A stretch of DNA of 64,000 nucleotides from Lingula anatina (lineage: Eukaryota > Animalia > Brachiopoda), in NCBI GenBank assembly GCA_051362555.1, contig CM120646.1:16430001-16494000 (forward strand). Direction: 5' to 3'. A model generated the notes under the pieces. The model was not told the DNA's origin. It searched no databases and saw only the letters and a list, made by a program, of their open reading frames with translations. The stretch's first letter is position 1; each line of letters begins with the position of its first letter. Below are positions 40,715-54,463 of the stretch, one piece after another. A program made the position numbers and the translations under genes.

Positions 40715-43700
40715 CCTAACTTCACAGGGGGATCGCCAGGAAAGGAACCCACATAGACACTGCCTTTGGACTCATCTTCATGAAAGAGCTGGTTTTCATG
40801 CCTTTAAAAAACCTCCTAGAGATCTTTAATCCTTACACAAAAGATCCGCATGTTCTCTCCTCAGTCACCCTTGTGTGGAAAGAAGATATATTGACCCGGA
40901 GGTTAAACTCTTAGACGCATGTCCGTTAGAATTCAAATTACCGCGTATGCAACAGCCAGTCTCAGTACCAACGTCGGCCATTACTTTAATGCTTTAAAAT
41001 AACTAGGACAGAAAAAAAAACAATAAAATGAAAAATAATACAATGCTCCTGTATTGTGTAGATTAAGTTTGCAGCAGAGGTCAAGGCTTAAACTAAATAT
41101 TACAAGACAAAAAATCAGGAACTAAAAAAAAAAAAACAAAAATGATAAACATCCAATGTTGGCACTTTATACAAATCCAGCAGTGGCTAGACTTAACACC
41201 AATGACAAAGAATGACAAAGAAAAAAATTAATATTCAATATTCCTGCTAATAATAAATCTCAAATCCTTATGCATGACCCCATCTACCCTTTTCACAATT
41301 CAGTTTCCCTGTCGTATTCAAGCTCTCATATATCAGTGACTCTCCCATCCATTAGCATGTGCCAATTATTCCCACCCAGGGCTCCTATATCTATTTGAAT
41401 ACCCAGGTTCTAGGATTGAAAATGGTTGTTTTGTCCCCTCTCTCTTTACTCGTTGTTTGCATCCCCTACCTGCCAGTCAGCGCCCTGTTTGGTGAACAAA
41501 AGCGAGCCTGAGAGCCTCAGACTGCCGTGAATGACCTGAATACTAAGGAGCTGACCTCTCAGCCTGTAGAAATAGGTCACTGTCTGGATGGCTGAAGAGA
41601 TAGGACTGCAGGCAGGCAGACCAAAAATATGGGAAAACTTAACATGTTGAACGCCCTGAATGTGGACATCATGACTGGTTGATGGTTCTACACAATATAC
41701 TTATTTCTATTACCACTTCTAAAAACTTCAGTGATTTTAAACCACACAAATGAGGAAAATGTCGCAGGGACAAAATGTCACCAACCTCTTGGAATTTTTG
41801 GCCTGCACAGACTTGGACCTTTGGGGTAGTAAAATCATGCTGCACAGCAGACCTGGGCTCAAAGACCTACAATGTGTTCCTTTAGGACCAAATTTTGGTT
41901 TCGAATGCCCTGAACAGGAATAAGTCTAACCTTCACCTGAGGCATCCCCCAACTACATTATACCCATCTTTCAGTACGAAACATAACATTTCCATCATTC
42001 TGCAACTGTTTGCAGGATATTCTTTGCTCATGGTGGTATAAGCTAAAAAGACAGACAGCAGGGGCAAGTATAAGTTTAAAAGAGAGAAACAAAAGGAGAA
42101 CCTGAACCTGTAGTCTTTATAGTTTATGGTCAGGAGAAAGACCTTCCCATTGTAATATACCCAATCAGATAAAGATCAACATAATCAATGACAAACTTGT
42201 AAAAAGTATGAGATCATACATATAATATCATTTGAATTCATTTAATGACACCGATTTTTTTTTTAAAACAAACCCTACCACCTCCCCCCCCCCGACCCCC
42301 TTGCTTTTGTATCCTTGGTTTTCCTGCCAGATGTTACTTCCACATTTAAAAAATTAAGGTCTGTGTCACACTAAATCAATACAGTCAAGACAGGTTGTCA
42401 TGAGTGTGTGTGTATGTGTTTTGTGCAAGTTGCTCTGCTTCACTCTTCAACCTGGCTGTGTTATATACATCCTCCCTGCTAGACCCTGGCACACTACTAC
42501 CCAGGCAGACCCAGGTCACTGAACAAGGGAATAGGAAATCAATACACCATGCTAAACCATCCCTCTAAGATCTTCAGGGCCATGACCATGAGTATCTCTG
42601 GGCAGGGCATCCATGTCTTGGATCTAAAATAATGAACAGGTGCCCCTGAGGCTGGTTGGATAATGAGCTGTATATTGATCTGCGTCTGTCTGCTGACCTC
42701 GGCTCTGTAAACAGATTAGGTTTGACCTCACAAGGTCAGCCAGACTATTGAAGTCTGAGTGCCGACTTGGGGCCCTCTGACTATCAAATGGGGCACATAA
42801 AACTGGATTTTTGCAATCAACACAGTCTTAATTTAAAGCTTGCTTGGCTTCTTATGTATGTGGCGAAGGCATTTGTGACATCCCCCTCCTTTTTTTCTTT
42901 TCAAAAATGTCCCTGGCTTGTTTTAACAGGTCTGGTGGTTTACTTAGATGACAGAAGCCAGCTCTATTTTGTACTAGTCATACATACCAGAGTCTAAGAG
43001 GAAAGACTGTGAAGCCTTTTCATAAAGCCAACCAATGAACAAAAATACATACAAGCACCTGTCATCATATAAACACTATTCCAATAAGACTGATATGAAA
43101 TATCAAAAAGACAGCTACCAAACAACTGGTGGGAAATGTTCCTTTAAACTGATTTGATCAAATTTTCATTTATTTTTCATTCATTGTTCATCTTTTATGT
43201 CATGTGTATCTTTCTGCAGACCATCAAACTTTTAAGACACTTATCACAATGTAAATGCTTCAATGCCCAATAACTATAATAAGTCATCATAACTTATTTT
43301 AAGGAAATAGTCTAACCAATCATAATTCCAACTTTTTTTTTTTTGTAAAATCAGTCTTTTGTCTTTACATCCTGAACATCATACGCCAACTTCCTCATTG
43401 CACATTTCAAAATAATATATCCAATTATGTTGTTCAGGTCATATTGTTAACACCACACATTTCTAGCCGCCATAAACCTCCAGGCACACGGTGCACTTTC
43501 TGCAGCATGACCTGTTATCAAACTGGTATGGTGTCTGCACCGTTTCCACTTCAACACCCTCAGGGTATTTTTATACATTCTTAAAATTTATTCATATATT
43601 TTATCACTGATTGTCAATATTACTCCTGAAAGAGTACATAAACAACAAGTATAAAACAGATCAATTTTTATTTCTTATATTTTTATCTTATTCATTCAGT

Positions 43701-45063
43701 CATTTGTTTATTTATTTATTATTTTATTTCTTAATCTTGCATAATTATATGGCAAGGAAACGATATTTGTTATCCAAAGAATTATTCACGGAAACAGTTA
43801 ACATTTGGCATGGTCACGGTAAACACTGTTAATTTGTTCCAAGCATAGTGCAAATGGACACCTATCCACTTATCTGATTAGATTCAGACATCCTTACTGT
43901 TTCGTTCCAGCTGAAGGTAGTCATGTTTTCTTAGATAACTGTTACCTTCAGCCGATGCTGAACGTGTCATCTAACAGATAAAATCAAATTGCAAAAACAG
44001 GAATATATAATATTTGAGTGAGCTTCTTCCAAATGTGAAGAATGGTTTCCATAGAAATTCCCGTCTTCCCTTGCCCTGCATATAGTCACAAAATACCGCA
44101 CCAAGAAAATTTGAGCATGAAAATAGGCAAAAATAGGTATTCTTCTACTTATTTTCTTTGTTTGCAAATAACAACAGATACCATAGACTTTTAATTATTT
44201 TTTCAAAATTATTTCAAATACCACACACAGATGAAATTATTTTTTTCTGCCAACAATATTTTAGATATTATATATTTTCTGCAAGTATTCACCCCAGTTT
44301 GACTGACAGACCACAAAGTTTATCCCTGTGGAAGCCAGAGTCTAAAAAGGCTGCAGCTCAAGCAAGAAATGGATAATTTATAAAAGAATTTTTTTTAAAT
44401 TTATTTATTTATTTACTAAGGAACCCAGAGGGGTGGTTCTTGCTATCCATCCAAACTAACAAGAAAAATTAAGTTTCTGCAAGGTTAGTTAGCATAAAAA
44501 ACTTCTGTTGGCTTCACCCTCCAACAATACCCCAGGCTATACAGTTGGAATACAACAATGCATTTTCAACCATCCAAACCTCTCAGTATCTTCAGTGGCA
44601 TAAAACAGAAAAGTAAAAATACTAAAAAAAAATTAAATGCCTTCATTTGATACGCAATCTGTCTGATGTTTGCCTTAGGGTGAATTCATAATTTTTCAAA
44701 ATATAGGCATTTGACCATCTTTTCATATATCAAGACAGTGAAATAAGTGCAGGTACCTAGAAAACAATTGCATATCTCCAGGTGTGTGAACTTCAACTTA
44801 CTGGCAGCATTTCCGGGCAACTTAGAGAGTACACAAATGACGCATAGTCTAGACTGGATCAATAGGGAAAGCTTTATTTGTTACATTACCCTAGCAACTG
44901 TCCATCAAAACAGAGACTTATCTTTACACTTTAGGTCCAGAACCTTAAGAATTAAAATCATGTACCATATGGCACCTATGTGTTTCTTTTATTCAACTTA
45001 TGCAACCATTAACTTAATTTTTTACATAAACATTACAAAATAAATAAATAAAATGAACCATCA

Positions 45064-45065
<2 letters not shown>

Positions 45066-45127
<62 letters not shown>
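45066..45127. repeat. (TG)n microsatellite
   Basis: Direct reading. Confidence 0.98.
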
Positions 45128-45128
<1 letters not shown>

Positions 45129-47782
45129 GGCTGAAAATGGAGAGAGGAACTGTCAACAAAGTCATCTTGGCTAGTATTATAATCAGACGTGAGCCTAGGT
45201 TTAAAAAAAAAATCTCTGAGCATTTATCACTGGACAAAACACATAACTGCCCGAGGATCTGGGGCTTCCTTAGTCCCATTAGAATTGAATTGTATATCTA
45301 TGAAAGTCATGATTCTGGGGAAAAAAGTTCATGTGTATAATATACCATTTTGTCAATCACATTTTCACATATTACTTGGATTTATGGGGATGAATATTAG
45401 TAAACTGATGTCCATTATTAATTTTTCTTTAAATTAATTCACATTAAACTAATTGTATAAAAAAGTACAAAAAAGGCAAAACTTAGATATTTTGTACCTT
45501 TTCCATAAAAGACCTACCCCTGTTGAAATAGGTAAGACACAGTGTACCATGACTGGGGAGTTGGATTTTCATACTGAAAATCCGACTCCCCCACCCCCAC
45601 CCACCCACACATACAAACAAAATTTTGTGTTAAAATGATCATTAAATATCAAATAAATTGCTTTTTCACAGGGAGTCACTAGGTGGTAAAATACACATTT
45701 CTAATTTCTTATTTTCTCATGTAATTTTTCACCTGCAAACTAACAAAATGTGCCATAATATCCTCCATTTAGCATACTATAAGATATAAGTCATATACTC
45801 AAATAAAATAAAGATTATGAAATATTGTAGGGTGGAGTGTGATTTTCATTATGAAATTTTTACTCCGAGAGTCAGATTTTCATGTTACAACAGGCCCGAT
45901 TATTAACACAAGAAACAATATATCTCAACCTGACATTTTGGTTCATGTAATATTACCTGCCTGTGGCTTTGCTTTAAACTGGTATGGTCAGAATAAGCAT
46001 TCAGGCAAGCCACAATGTATCAAGCCAGTTCATGTGTCTGGCCCAGCTACCTCTTTAAACAGCCAATCATCCAATTAAGATAAGGGATGCCTACTAAGTG
46101 GTCCCATTTACAGTTAATTGACTGTGTAATGCAGGTTACCCATGTTTAATCCCATGACTCTGATGCCCAGTAACCTATCCAAACCAGACAGGTTTCACAA
46201 TAGAAGTTTAGACCATAGGTTAGGCTTAAAGAACAAACTTATTTCAAATTCAGGATAAATATATGGAAAACCAATGAAATAAAGTTACCATTGATCTAAA
46301 ACATCAACCATTTTTTCCACTTATAATAAAAGAGACACAAGACTTCATTAAAGTCGAATACTAATTATTTTTCTTAGGTCAAAGTGGACTCAAAATGTTG
46401 GTCTTAAAGTTAACACCAATTTTTACTAGCAAGTTGTTTGATAAAACTGCAAAAGATCAAGAGTTTTGTTCATGTTTAACTGTGTACACAAAAGTGGATT
46501 AAAAGACGTAACCAATTTTTTGGATGTGCCAAGTGCTTTACAGATGCATTTTATGGTTTATTTATAACAAAAAGTCAACAGAAAAAAGTATTTTGCTCCC
46601 CAAGTGAATAATTTTAAGAACTGACCTTTCAAAAAAAAAAAAAAAAAAAAAAAATTCACAACATTATTCAATTAAATATAAACTATAACAATCTATATCA
46701 TCTTGATATGACTTTTAGTGAAGCAATGAGAGCAATTTCTTTGTGTAAAAATAAATTTACTTTTAAGACCGTCTTCATAAAATAGACGTCATGTCTCAAA
46801 CATTTCAACTTATTTATTGATATGGTAATGCATCAATTCAGAGAGACAAAGATTTTACAATATGATCTTGAAATCGTGTCTGTATTTGGTTTTCATGAAG
46901 GAGGTGAAGTTTTCATTGTGCCTTAGGGGACAAGTTATAAAAATCATATCATGAAGTTCATTACCCCTTCTGCACTTGAACTTGATTTTGGTTTTAGTCA
47001 CAAATAAATAATGCATGTCAATTGCAGTATTGACTGCATAGCTAATGAAAGGAGAGCCAAAACTATGTCAGCATATGAAATTGTATTCTTTCAAAATATC
47101 TCAGATTAACTGTTCCAAATGATTTGTGCACTTATGCCAACTAAAATTATCTTTTCATTTTCTTAATCAGTCACAGTTGCAGAGCAAAATTAAAATCCAA
47201 ATCACGATGTCACTCATACATGATGATGTACCATCTTCCAACTTTGCATAGGAGAACATCAATTGTCCTCGTAAACCAACTGGGAGAGAAAGCTAAATAT
47301 GACGAGCTTAGGCTAGATAAACATGTTTATTCAACTTGACTGAATTATTGTCAAAATTGCTAATTTGGTGACAGATCTGCTGTAGAGCTCATTACCAGGA
47401 AGCACCTGCCACTATGTGATCTATTCTGGGATCACAATCATGGCAACAATCACGTCAAAACCTTGACCTCATATGTACAGAACGCAAACGAAAAACACAT
47501 AATTAAACCATGTAGTACAAAAATGTCTTCATGATGACCTGTCATTCACAAAATGAAAAATGAGGCACCTCAAAAAGAAATGCTACATATGTCACGGTTG
47601 TGAATTATTAAAGATTAAAATCTTTAAAAAAACCATCATTCAGTGGAAGCAATTCTATAAAATATTGCATGACTAGTTTCACAATGAAGAGAGTAAGAGG
47701 AGATAAATAGTTGAAATGCTATACCAGGATAAATGCAGTATAGCTTTCTTAAATTAAGGAACATTCCCATATCAGGCATCAA

Positions 47783-48064
47783 GGCTGTGTTTAGAACAGA
47801 AGTTATCGTACTAGCAGGATCAATCTATCTCAGCAGCGATTCATGCTAAAGCACAGTCAATATAATCAGCTTAATTGTCTGGCATGTCCCCTTGTAACTT
47901 AAAGTACTTGGGTAAAGTCAGGAAACTTTGTGATGTTGATCATGTTGCTCTGCTAGCCAGAGTACCAGACAATAAAGCCGATTACATTGACAGGGCTTTT
48001 GCGAGGAATCCTGCTGAGATAGAGCGATCCTGCTAGAATGATTACTTCTATTCTAAACATAGCA
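47783..48064. mobile_element. Long-palindromic MITE, PIF/Harbinger-like
   Basis: Imperfect inverted arms of about 100 bp: gctgtgtttagaacagaagttatc..ctagcaggatc..tctatctcagcag vs ctgctgagataga..gatcctgctag..attacttctattctaaacatagc; CAA/TAA flanks. Confidence 0.8.
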
Positions 48065-48094
48065 TAAGACAATTGCTTCTCTAAACTTTTTTGG

Positions 48095-48126
<32 letters not shown>

Positions 48127-49949
48127 TCTTCAGAACAGTCTCTGAAATGTGCAAATTAAACCAATAAAACATGTATTGACAAACATAAACATAAATTATC
48201 AAATAATATACGCAAAAACTGGGAAATGCTAACAAGAATACAAATACACATAATTTTTATTTAAATTGAAACATATTACGTTATTCTACATTTAATTAAA
48301 TAAACTTATACACAAGTCATTTCACACTGCTTTCCTCAGCTAAACTGACACAACACCTGTTATCTTTAAACTGATTGTCTGAAATGAAATTCTCCTCAAA
48401 AAACTATGCAACTGCCATGAGCAGAGATATCTCCTCCTGTTTTCCTCCTGTTTGGGGTCAAGATATCACGAACATATTTAACATCCACATGAACTGTACA
48501 TTAACAGGTCAGTGCCCCAATAAGCTTATTAAGATGTTCTCCCTAAATGTGCTCTCCACCACGCTTCATCCAAATCCACTCACCTCCAGGTGCAAAATCA
48601 TTTTACCAACCAAAGCACTAATATCATGATTTATTTTCTTACTCTTTGCAAACCAGGAAAGCATAATTTAGAAACAGAAAGGAGACTGCCATGTTGGTGC
48701 CTAATGTAAACAAGGGTAAGAACTTGTTCCTAGAATTGTTCAAGCAGCTGGTGGTAATGAATAACAGTTCCTCCTCCAGGTGGCAGGCTACATGCAGCTG
48801 ACACAAGACAGCGCCAACTGTAATCAGCACATTCATATGAAGAAGCTAAATATATGTACACAAAAACATGTTGTGTTTATCTGTCATCATTTCTTTAAAT
48901 ATTTTGATTTGCATAATCTTGAAATTACAATTATATACTTAATTTGCATATTTGTCACATCAGTCAATTAGACTGCTTTATTCTATATCATTTTTATCAT
49001 ATATACCTTTTTTTTTTTTTCATTCAACATCCCAAACATCAAAATGACACTACAAATAGTCTCATCTGCACCAGACCACAGTGAAACAGCATGGGGATAA
49101 TATAAGGCAAGGTACGCATTAGACATGTTTATAATTTGGTCATCACTAGATATAAATAAGACCATTAGTTCAAAGTTAGTTCTGATGTGAATGTTACCAA
49201 AAGGCCTCCTTGTACACATCAACCAGCCATTTGGGGCCCCTCTTTCTCCCAGCCTAGTGCAAAAGTGATCTCCACCCTGTACTTAAGTAAATTTACTACC
49301 CTCCCGCAGTGCACCATATGGCCATGGTTGTATGTTCAGGTATTATGACTATGCCTGGACATCAGGTTTCCATTAGACACTGTAAATACTACCAGTGATA
49401 GGAACCATATTGATAGTCTGGCCAACTAAAAACCAGAGCCATGTTTCACAAAGAGTTCTAACAAAGCACGAACAAATAATAAGACTGCTAAAAATTATAT
49501 AGCAGGTTATGTAAAACAACCGAATGGTGACAGTTTTACTTACGATGCATGTTGAAGATACTTGTCGACTTTGAGACACAAAGTATTTACTGCAACCAGT
49601 TATACCCTACACTGTATCACATTTCTAAATATATTACTGTTTTTGATATCAGTGAGGCACACTGACTGGATGAAGGATGACAGGCACTTTTACTTGTCAC
49701 GAGATAGTTAAGGGCCTTCCTACTTACATTAAGTGCAGTTTTTAATAGAAAATTGAAAACAAAATTTTAATTTCAGTTCAGAAGTATCACTTAAAATCAG
49801 GTCTTTATTCAATTCTCACTGAGACATGAGGAACAAAAATGTAGCCATAGACAAAAAAGTGCAACACAAATATGTCTGATTCACAGGACAAATGCTGTCT
49901 TGGCACCTGTCAATAGCCAATTATACTGAATCAGCAAGTGTCCTGTGAC

Positions 49950-49967
49950 AAATAAATAAATAAATAA

Positions 49968-50016
<49 letters not shown>
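49950..50016. repeat. (AAAT)n(AT)n microsatellite
   Basis: Direct reading. Confidence 0.95.
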
Positions 50017-50017
<1 letters not shown>

Positions 50018-50092
50018 CCAATTTGCTGTATACATATAATATGAAATGTATTTATGTATATATAAACATTGATGTTTCAGGTTAAAAAGGGC

Positions 50093-50706
50093 CACCCTGA
50101 GCTTCAGAGCTAACTTGACACTAACCTTTTCACTGTAGCCTATCTCCATCGTGTCAAGTAACCTCTGACGAAAATAGTTTGACCTATTTTATATAAGCCA
50201 ATCGAATCCATGTTTCAAAATTTTTCACCAAAGTTTGGTGAAAACGCTGATTGGTTGATCGTCAATCGGCAATCCTCGGCTGATTCCGCAAGCTCCATAC
50301 TAACAACATAGTTATTGTCGAGTGCGGAGACATCCGAGTAGTTCCGAGTGGTTCCGAGTGCATAACCGTACACAAAGAAAGCATGGAGTATATCGGAATT
50401 GAAACCAGAGCAGTGTGATGCCCTGCATCATTATCTACTGAGGGATGATGTATTTTGCGTGCTGCCCACAGGTTACGGCAAGTCCCTGATATTCAGCCTT
50501 ATCTTTGATTGGTCCGGATTTGAACAAAGCGCGCTTTGACTCGTTCGCGTTCATTGGCTAGATCGTTCAATGAGTCATTGAGTGCGGGCTTTAAATTTGA
50601 TTGGCGGGCGGCGGGGGCACTCGAATCTGGTCAGAGCTTACTTGACACGATGGAGATAGGCTACAGTGAAAAGGTTAGTGTCAAGTTAGCTCTGAAGCTC
50701 AGGGTG
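50093..50706 (+). mobile_element. Young non-autonomous DNA transposon, 614 bp, about 77-bp TIRs, 8-bp TSD AAAAGGGC (AcademH-like candidate)
   Basis: TIR caccctgagcttcagagctaacttgacactaaccttttcactgtagcctatctccatcgtgtcaagtaa is perfect for 69 bp; TSD at 50085-50092 and 50707-50714; CpG-rich interior. Confidence 0.93.
50390..50494 (+). pseudogene. RecQ-family (SF2) helicase N-terminal fragment, Q motif plus Walker A
   Basis: Translates ISELKPEQCDALHHYLLRDDVFCVLPTGYGKSLIF, matching the RecQ pattern L(K/R)PxQ...D(V)F(x)xLPTGxGKSL. Confidence 0.85.
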
Positions 50707-51574
50707 AAAAGGGCAGACTTTTTAGCCAAAATTCAAACCGCTTTGTGGGGGACATTTTATCATTCAAAAGTCATTTTTTTAAATCATCAGGATGGAAACT
50801 TTATAAAAACCACATTAAATCTTAACACAATGCACATTTAAGAGACCTTAATGAGTGAAAGATTCCATATAACTTGGGAAAGACCAAAATATAAAACTGA
50901 CCTGCAACTGAGAGTGAAATGGACTGAAAACAGGTCTTATTTGGGGAGGGGTGGGGGAAGCACCACAATAATCTGCCTGCTATACCTTTCAGTAAGCAAA
51001 ACAATTAAAAATTATACTAAGAAGTGAACAAAATAAGTTAATTATTAATATGAAATAAAGAGTAGGAAAAAGACCTTAATGCTGGTCTTGAAACAGCATG
51101 ACTTTTTTATACTGTATATCATAACAACTGAAGACCCACTCAACCGACCTAAAAAAAATGCTGATACCTGCTTCGTGCAAATGACAAAGATGGCATGCTT
51201 AGACTAAAGAAATTGAATATGCATTTGCTCACTAAACTACAGGATCACAGAGGAGATAGTGCCTCTGGGTATTGTACCACCAGCTGGAGTAAGCGGTTTT
51301 GTATAGAAAAAAAAAAGAGGGGGGGGGGGGGAACAACACCTCCAGTGATGTGCCACTACAGATAATTAATTATTTTATTATTTGATTTACAATTGTATAG
51401 TTATTCATTCTATTTTCTGCAATAAAACAAAAAAAAAAAAAAAAAAAAAAACACCTCCAGTGTTGTGCTTGACAAGCTCTACAAAATGCAGTAAGCAACA
51501 GATCTAAATATTTTTGTTGACAATTACCATTTAAAACAAAATCATGGGGAAAAGTAAGTTTAAATCCAATTTTG

Positions 51575-51977
51575 TGAGTGCGGTTCATGGTGAAAAGGAG
51601 ACCAAAGGTCAATTTCAAGACAACAGGTAGATTGCCAGTATGCGACTTCCTTTTCAAGTTCAATAGTGACTATGGGCCTATCTTTGCCAGTTTTGGAGAT
51701 ATAAGGGATGGAAACCTTGCAAAGTTCAGTTCATGGTGAAAAGAAGGTCAAAGGTCAATTTCATGAAATTCTGTCATACACCTGTCCACACTATTATAGG
51801 TAAGGTCCATGTTGTTTCTGAAAATCGGCACAAATAAAAATTTTTTGCAGGCTTTTATAATCTAGGAGAAGCGGTAACGGTGACATGGCGGCAGAGCCGG
51901 CAGATGCGGCATATGCGGACGAGACAGGTTGGGACTAAAACCATGTGTACCGCCAGCGCCTACACTGGTGGTACAAT
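51575..51977 (+). mobile_element. Helentron/HINE-like non-autonomous element
   Basis: Core repeat gttcatggtgaaaag.ag..caaaggtcaatttca twice about 146 bp apart; GC-rich simple tract (gcggca); 3' hairpin tgtaccgccag..ctggtggtaca at 51946-51975 followed by AT. Confidence 0.6.
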
Positions 51978-52090
51978 TAGAGAAAATTTATTGTCATTCA
52001 ATTTAAACAAAAATTAGTGCAATTTATTTCAGTGCAGTCAATTTATGCTAGTAGTGTGAATTCAAAATAGCCGTTTATCTGGTGACTTAC

Positions 52091-52194
52091 CTGTGATGCA
52101 TGATTGTCCCCATAGTACAGGTAAATCAGTACCCTGTCTGCACTTTGTGATACTTGTTTATCACTATGGCGATGATGCCCTGGTGTATGATACC
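52091..52194 (-). ncRNA. Candidate internal exon (104 bp)
   Basis: cctgcctttcag| acceptor and cag|gtaagt donor; one open frame but no recognisable protein. Confidence 0.55.
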
Positions 52195-52722
52195 CTGAAA
52201 GGCAGGTGTAATAAATTTCAACACAAATGGAAGGAGAATAGAAGGTGAAGGAAAGGGACAGACAGAGAAAAATGGTTCAAGGAAAAAAATATGAAAGGGA
52301 AACATTTGAAAATTGAATTTTACATATACCAGTACTGTATTTCAAGTCTTAAAATTAGAACATACCTATTGACTGGTAGCAGCAAAATTAAAGAGCAGGC
52401 TTCTCTATAGTTCTTTTTCATTCAAACCCTTCATATCATAATGGATATCTAACTTCTTTTCATCTATCATATCTGGTCCTCACCTTGTCCTTTCTTACTT
52501 CTGAGATATGTATCCATTACGGTCAAAATCTTCAAGTATCCTTTTCCTGCAAAATATCATTAATTGCATCTTCTGCCATAATTATCTATTATTAGGTTTC
52601 ATAAACATTTACTTAATGCTTAGCAACATTAGTGAACTAGCATTTCAGAAAACTTTTAATCAAATTACTAAAATCAGATTATTAGAAATGCTAAGACAAA
52701 TTTCATTATTTCGGAACCAAAA

Positions 52723-52918
52723 GACCTGTTGAGAACTTAGTTGATCCACGGACTAACTGATCTGCAGACCAAATATGGCTGGCCCACTTGAAAGCTTTCA
52801 ATATAATTCCCTAATGGATTCCCCTGTGAGAATTATGCGGCAAGCTTTCAAGTGGGATGGCCATATTTGATCTGTGGCTCAGTAAGTCCACGGACCAACT
52901 TGGTTGTGAACAGAGCCC
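52723..52918. mobile_element. Palindromic MITE, PIF/Harbinger-like
   Basis: Inverted arms caga.caaatatggc..cccacttgaaagctt / aagctttcaagtggg..gccatatttg.tctg; a related end remnant lies at about 56082-56110. Confidence 0.75.
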
Positions 52919-52967
52919 AATTCAAAATCTCCACACATTAAACATGCACATACAACTAATATCTTAC

Positions 52968-53062
52968 CTGCAATCAGACACCTCCCCTTACAAACTCTCT
53001 GCCTAGTTACCTGAGCTGTCTATGAAGTCATCAGCTGAGGGTCCTTCAAATGGGGAGTGAAC
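52968..53062 (-). ncRNA. Candidate internal exon (95 bp)
   Basis: gggtttcag| acceptor and cag|gtaaga donor; an alternative internal donor cag|gtaact is also present. Confidence 0.45.
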
Positions 53063-53462
53063 CTGAAACCCATTAACTTGCGTTACAAAACATTATCTAA
53101 CAGGTTACATTACGTGTCCAGCAATATACATTTTTTTTCTTTTCCATGAGATGCATAAGATATTAAAGCCAGTGTCCACATCTTTATTATCAGTGCAAGT
53201 AGAAAAATCTTTCTGATATTATCACTGAAAACTAAATTTATTTATAACAAACATTCCTAACTCTTTTACAGAAAACTTCATTGCAATTAACTTCAGTATA
53301 TTTGTCCCCATGCAAACCAATTTCAATGAAAAGTTGTCCAAGAAAGACCATTATTAAAATCATATGTCAATGCTGTTATGGCAATACATCCCTACAAACA
53401 ACTGACCAGCATAACTCAAAGCATGTCAGTTTCGGCAGAGAGTATCTGGGTCCTCCACTTAC

Positions 53463-53604
53463 CTATGATAGGTATGTTGACAGGACTATCAATTGCAGTT
53501 AGGACAGATGAATCCGAGGAGCAGGCAAATGTCAAAGGAGACCAACATGCTTCCCAGTTAACATCCTTGATGAACTCAGCATGAACTCCAATCAGATCTC
53601 ATCA
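53463..53604 (-). ncRNA. Candidate non-coding internal exon (142 bp)
   Basis: cttttgtttcccctcaattccag| acceptor and tag|gtaagt donor; early stops in all three frames. Confidence 0.55.
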
Positions 53605-54463
53605 CTGGAATTGAGGGGAAACAAAAGGTCGATAACTGCTGTAGACCTGCAGAGTGTATTAACTGTTGCCTAGCAACCAGAGTGTTCGCCAAGATTTGAA
53701 AATTGGGATTTTCTCTTGAAATATATGCATTCAGCAGCTAGAAACTCTTCTGGCTCTCCACTAGCTGGCTTGAAGGTGGAGGGTTTACAGGGAAGTAAAC
53801 AGTGCTTTCCAGTTTCAGAAAACTGGATGGTGACAAATGATTGAAGGCCTAAAATATACCCAATAGGCATATGAATGCAATACTCATGTACCTAATTTAA
53901 AATGCATTTGTTTTTACATCAAATATGAAATTACATTTGAGAGAAAGATGCATGATAAAATTCAAATAGTTCAAGTCTCCCAAGCCAGGATTTTCGTGCC
54001 AAAAAATTATGTTTAACGAATTTCCTGGGATAAACTGCAATTTCCCTTCAACTTACCAATTTCTAACACATAACACTGTTACAATTTTGGAAAAAGCATA
54101 AGGTCAAAGCCCATACTAAAGTACCAGTTTTCCAGATACATCATTCAACAACTGGACTTCGATATCGCAAGACTGGTGCTGTAACCTGCACCGTTTTCAT
54201 TCTATGAAGATGGGTACTACTGAGGTTGGACAAGGGACAGTGAATATCATTCTTTTTTTGCGATATTGATTAAAGCCATTTATCAGTCATTTAATGTTTT
54301 TAAAGCTTTAATTGTCCTCAGATAAGTTCCACAAGAAGAGATTCATGCACTTAAAATGAGTTCAAAATCCTGCTTTGGATTGCTTTAAATTGAAACATTA
54401 TTTCAAAGAAAGGTCCTGGAGAGTTTTTTTTTTTTTTTTTTTTTTTTCTTTTTCTTTTACTAA

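Noticed and set aside
50536-50841. ORFs 50536-50841 (+) and 49931-50149 (-) sharing MEIGYSEKVSVKLALKLRV
   Set aside because: The shared peptide is only the translation of the two TIRs of one transposon
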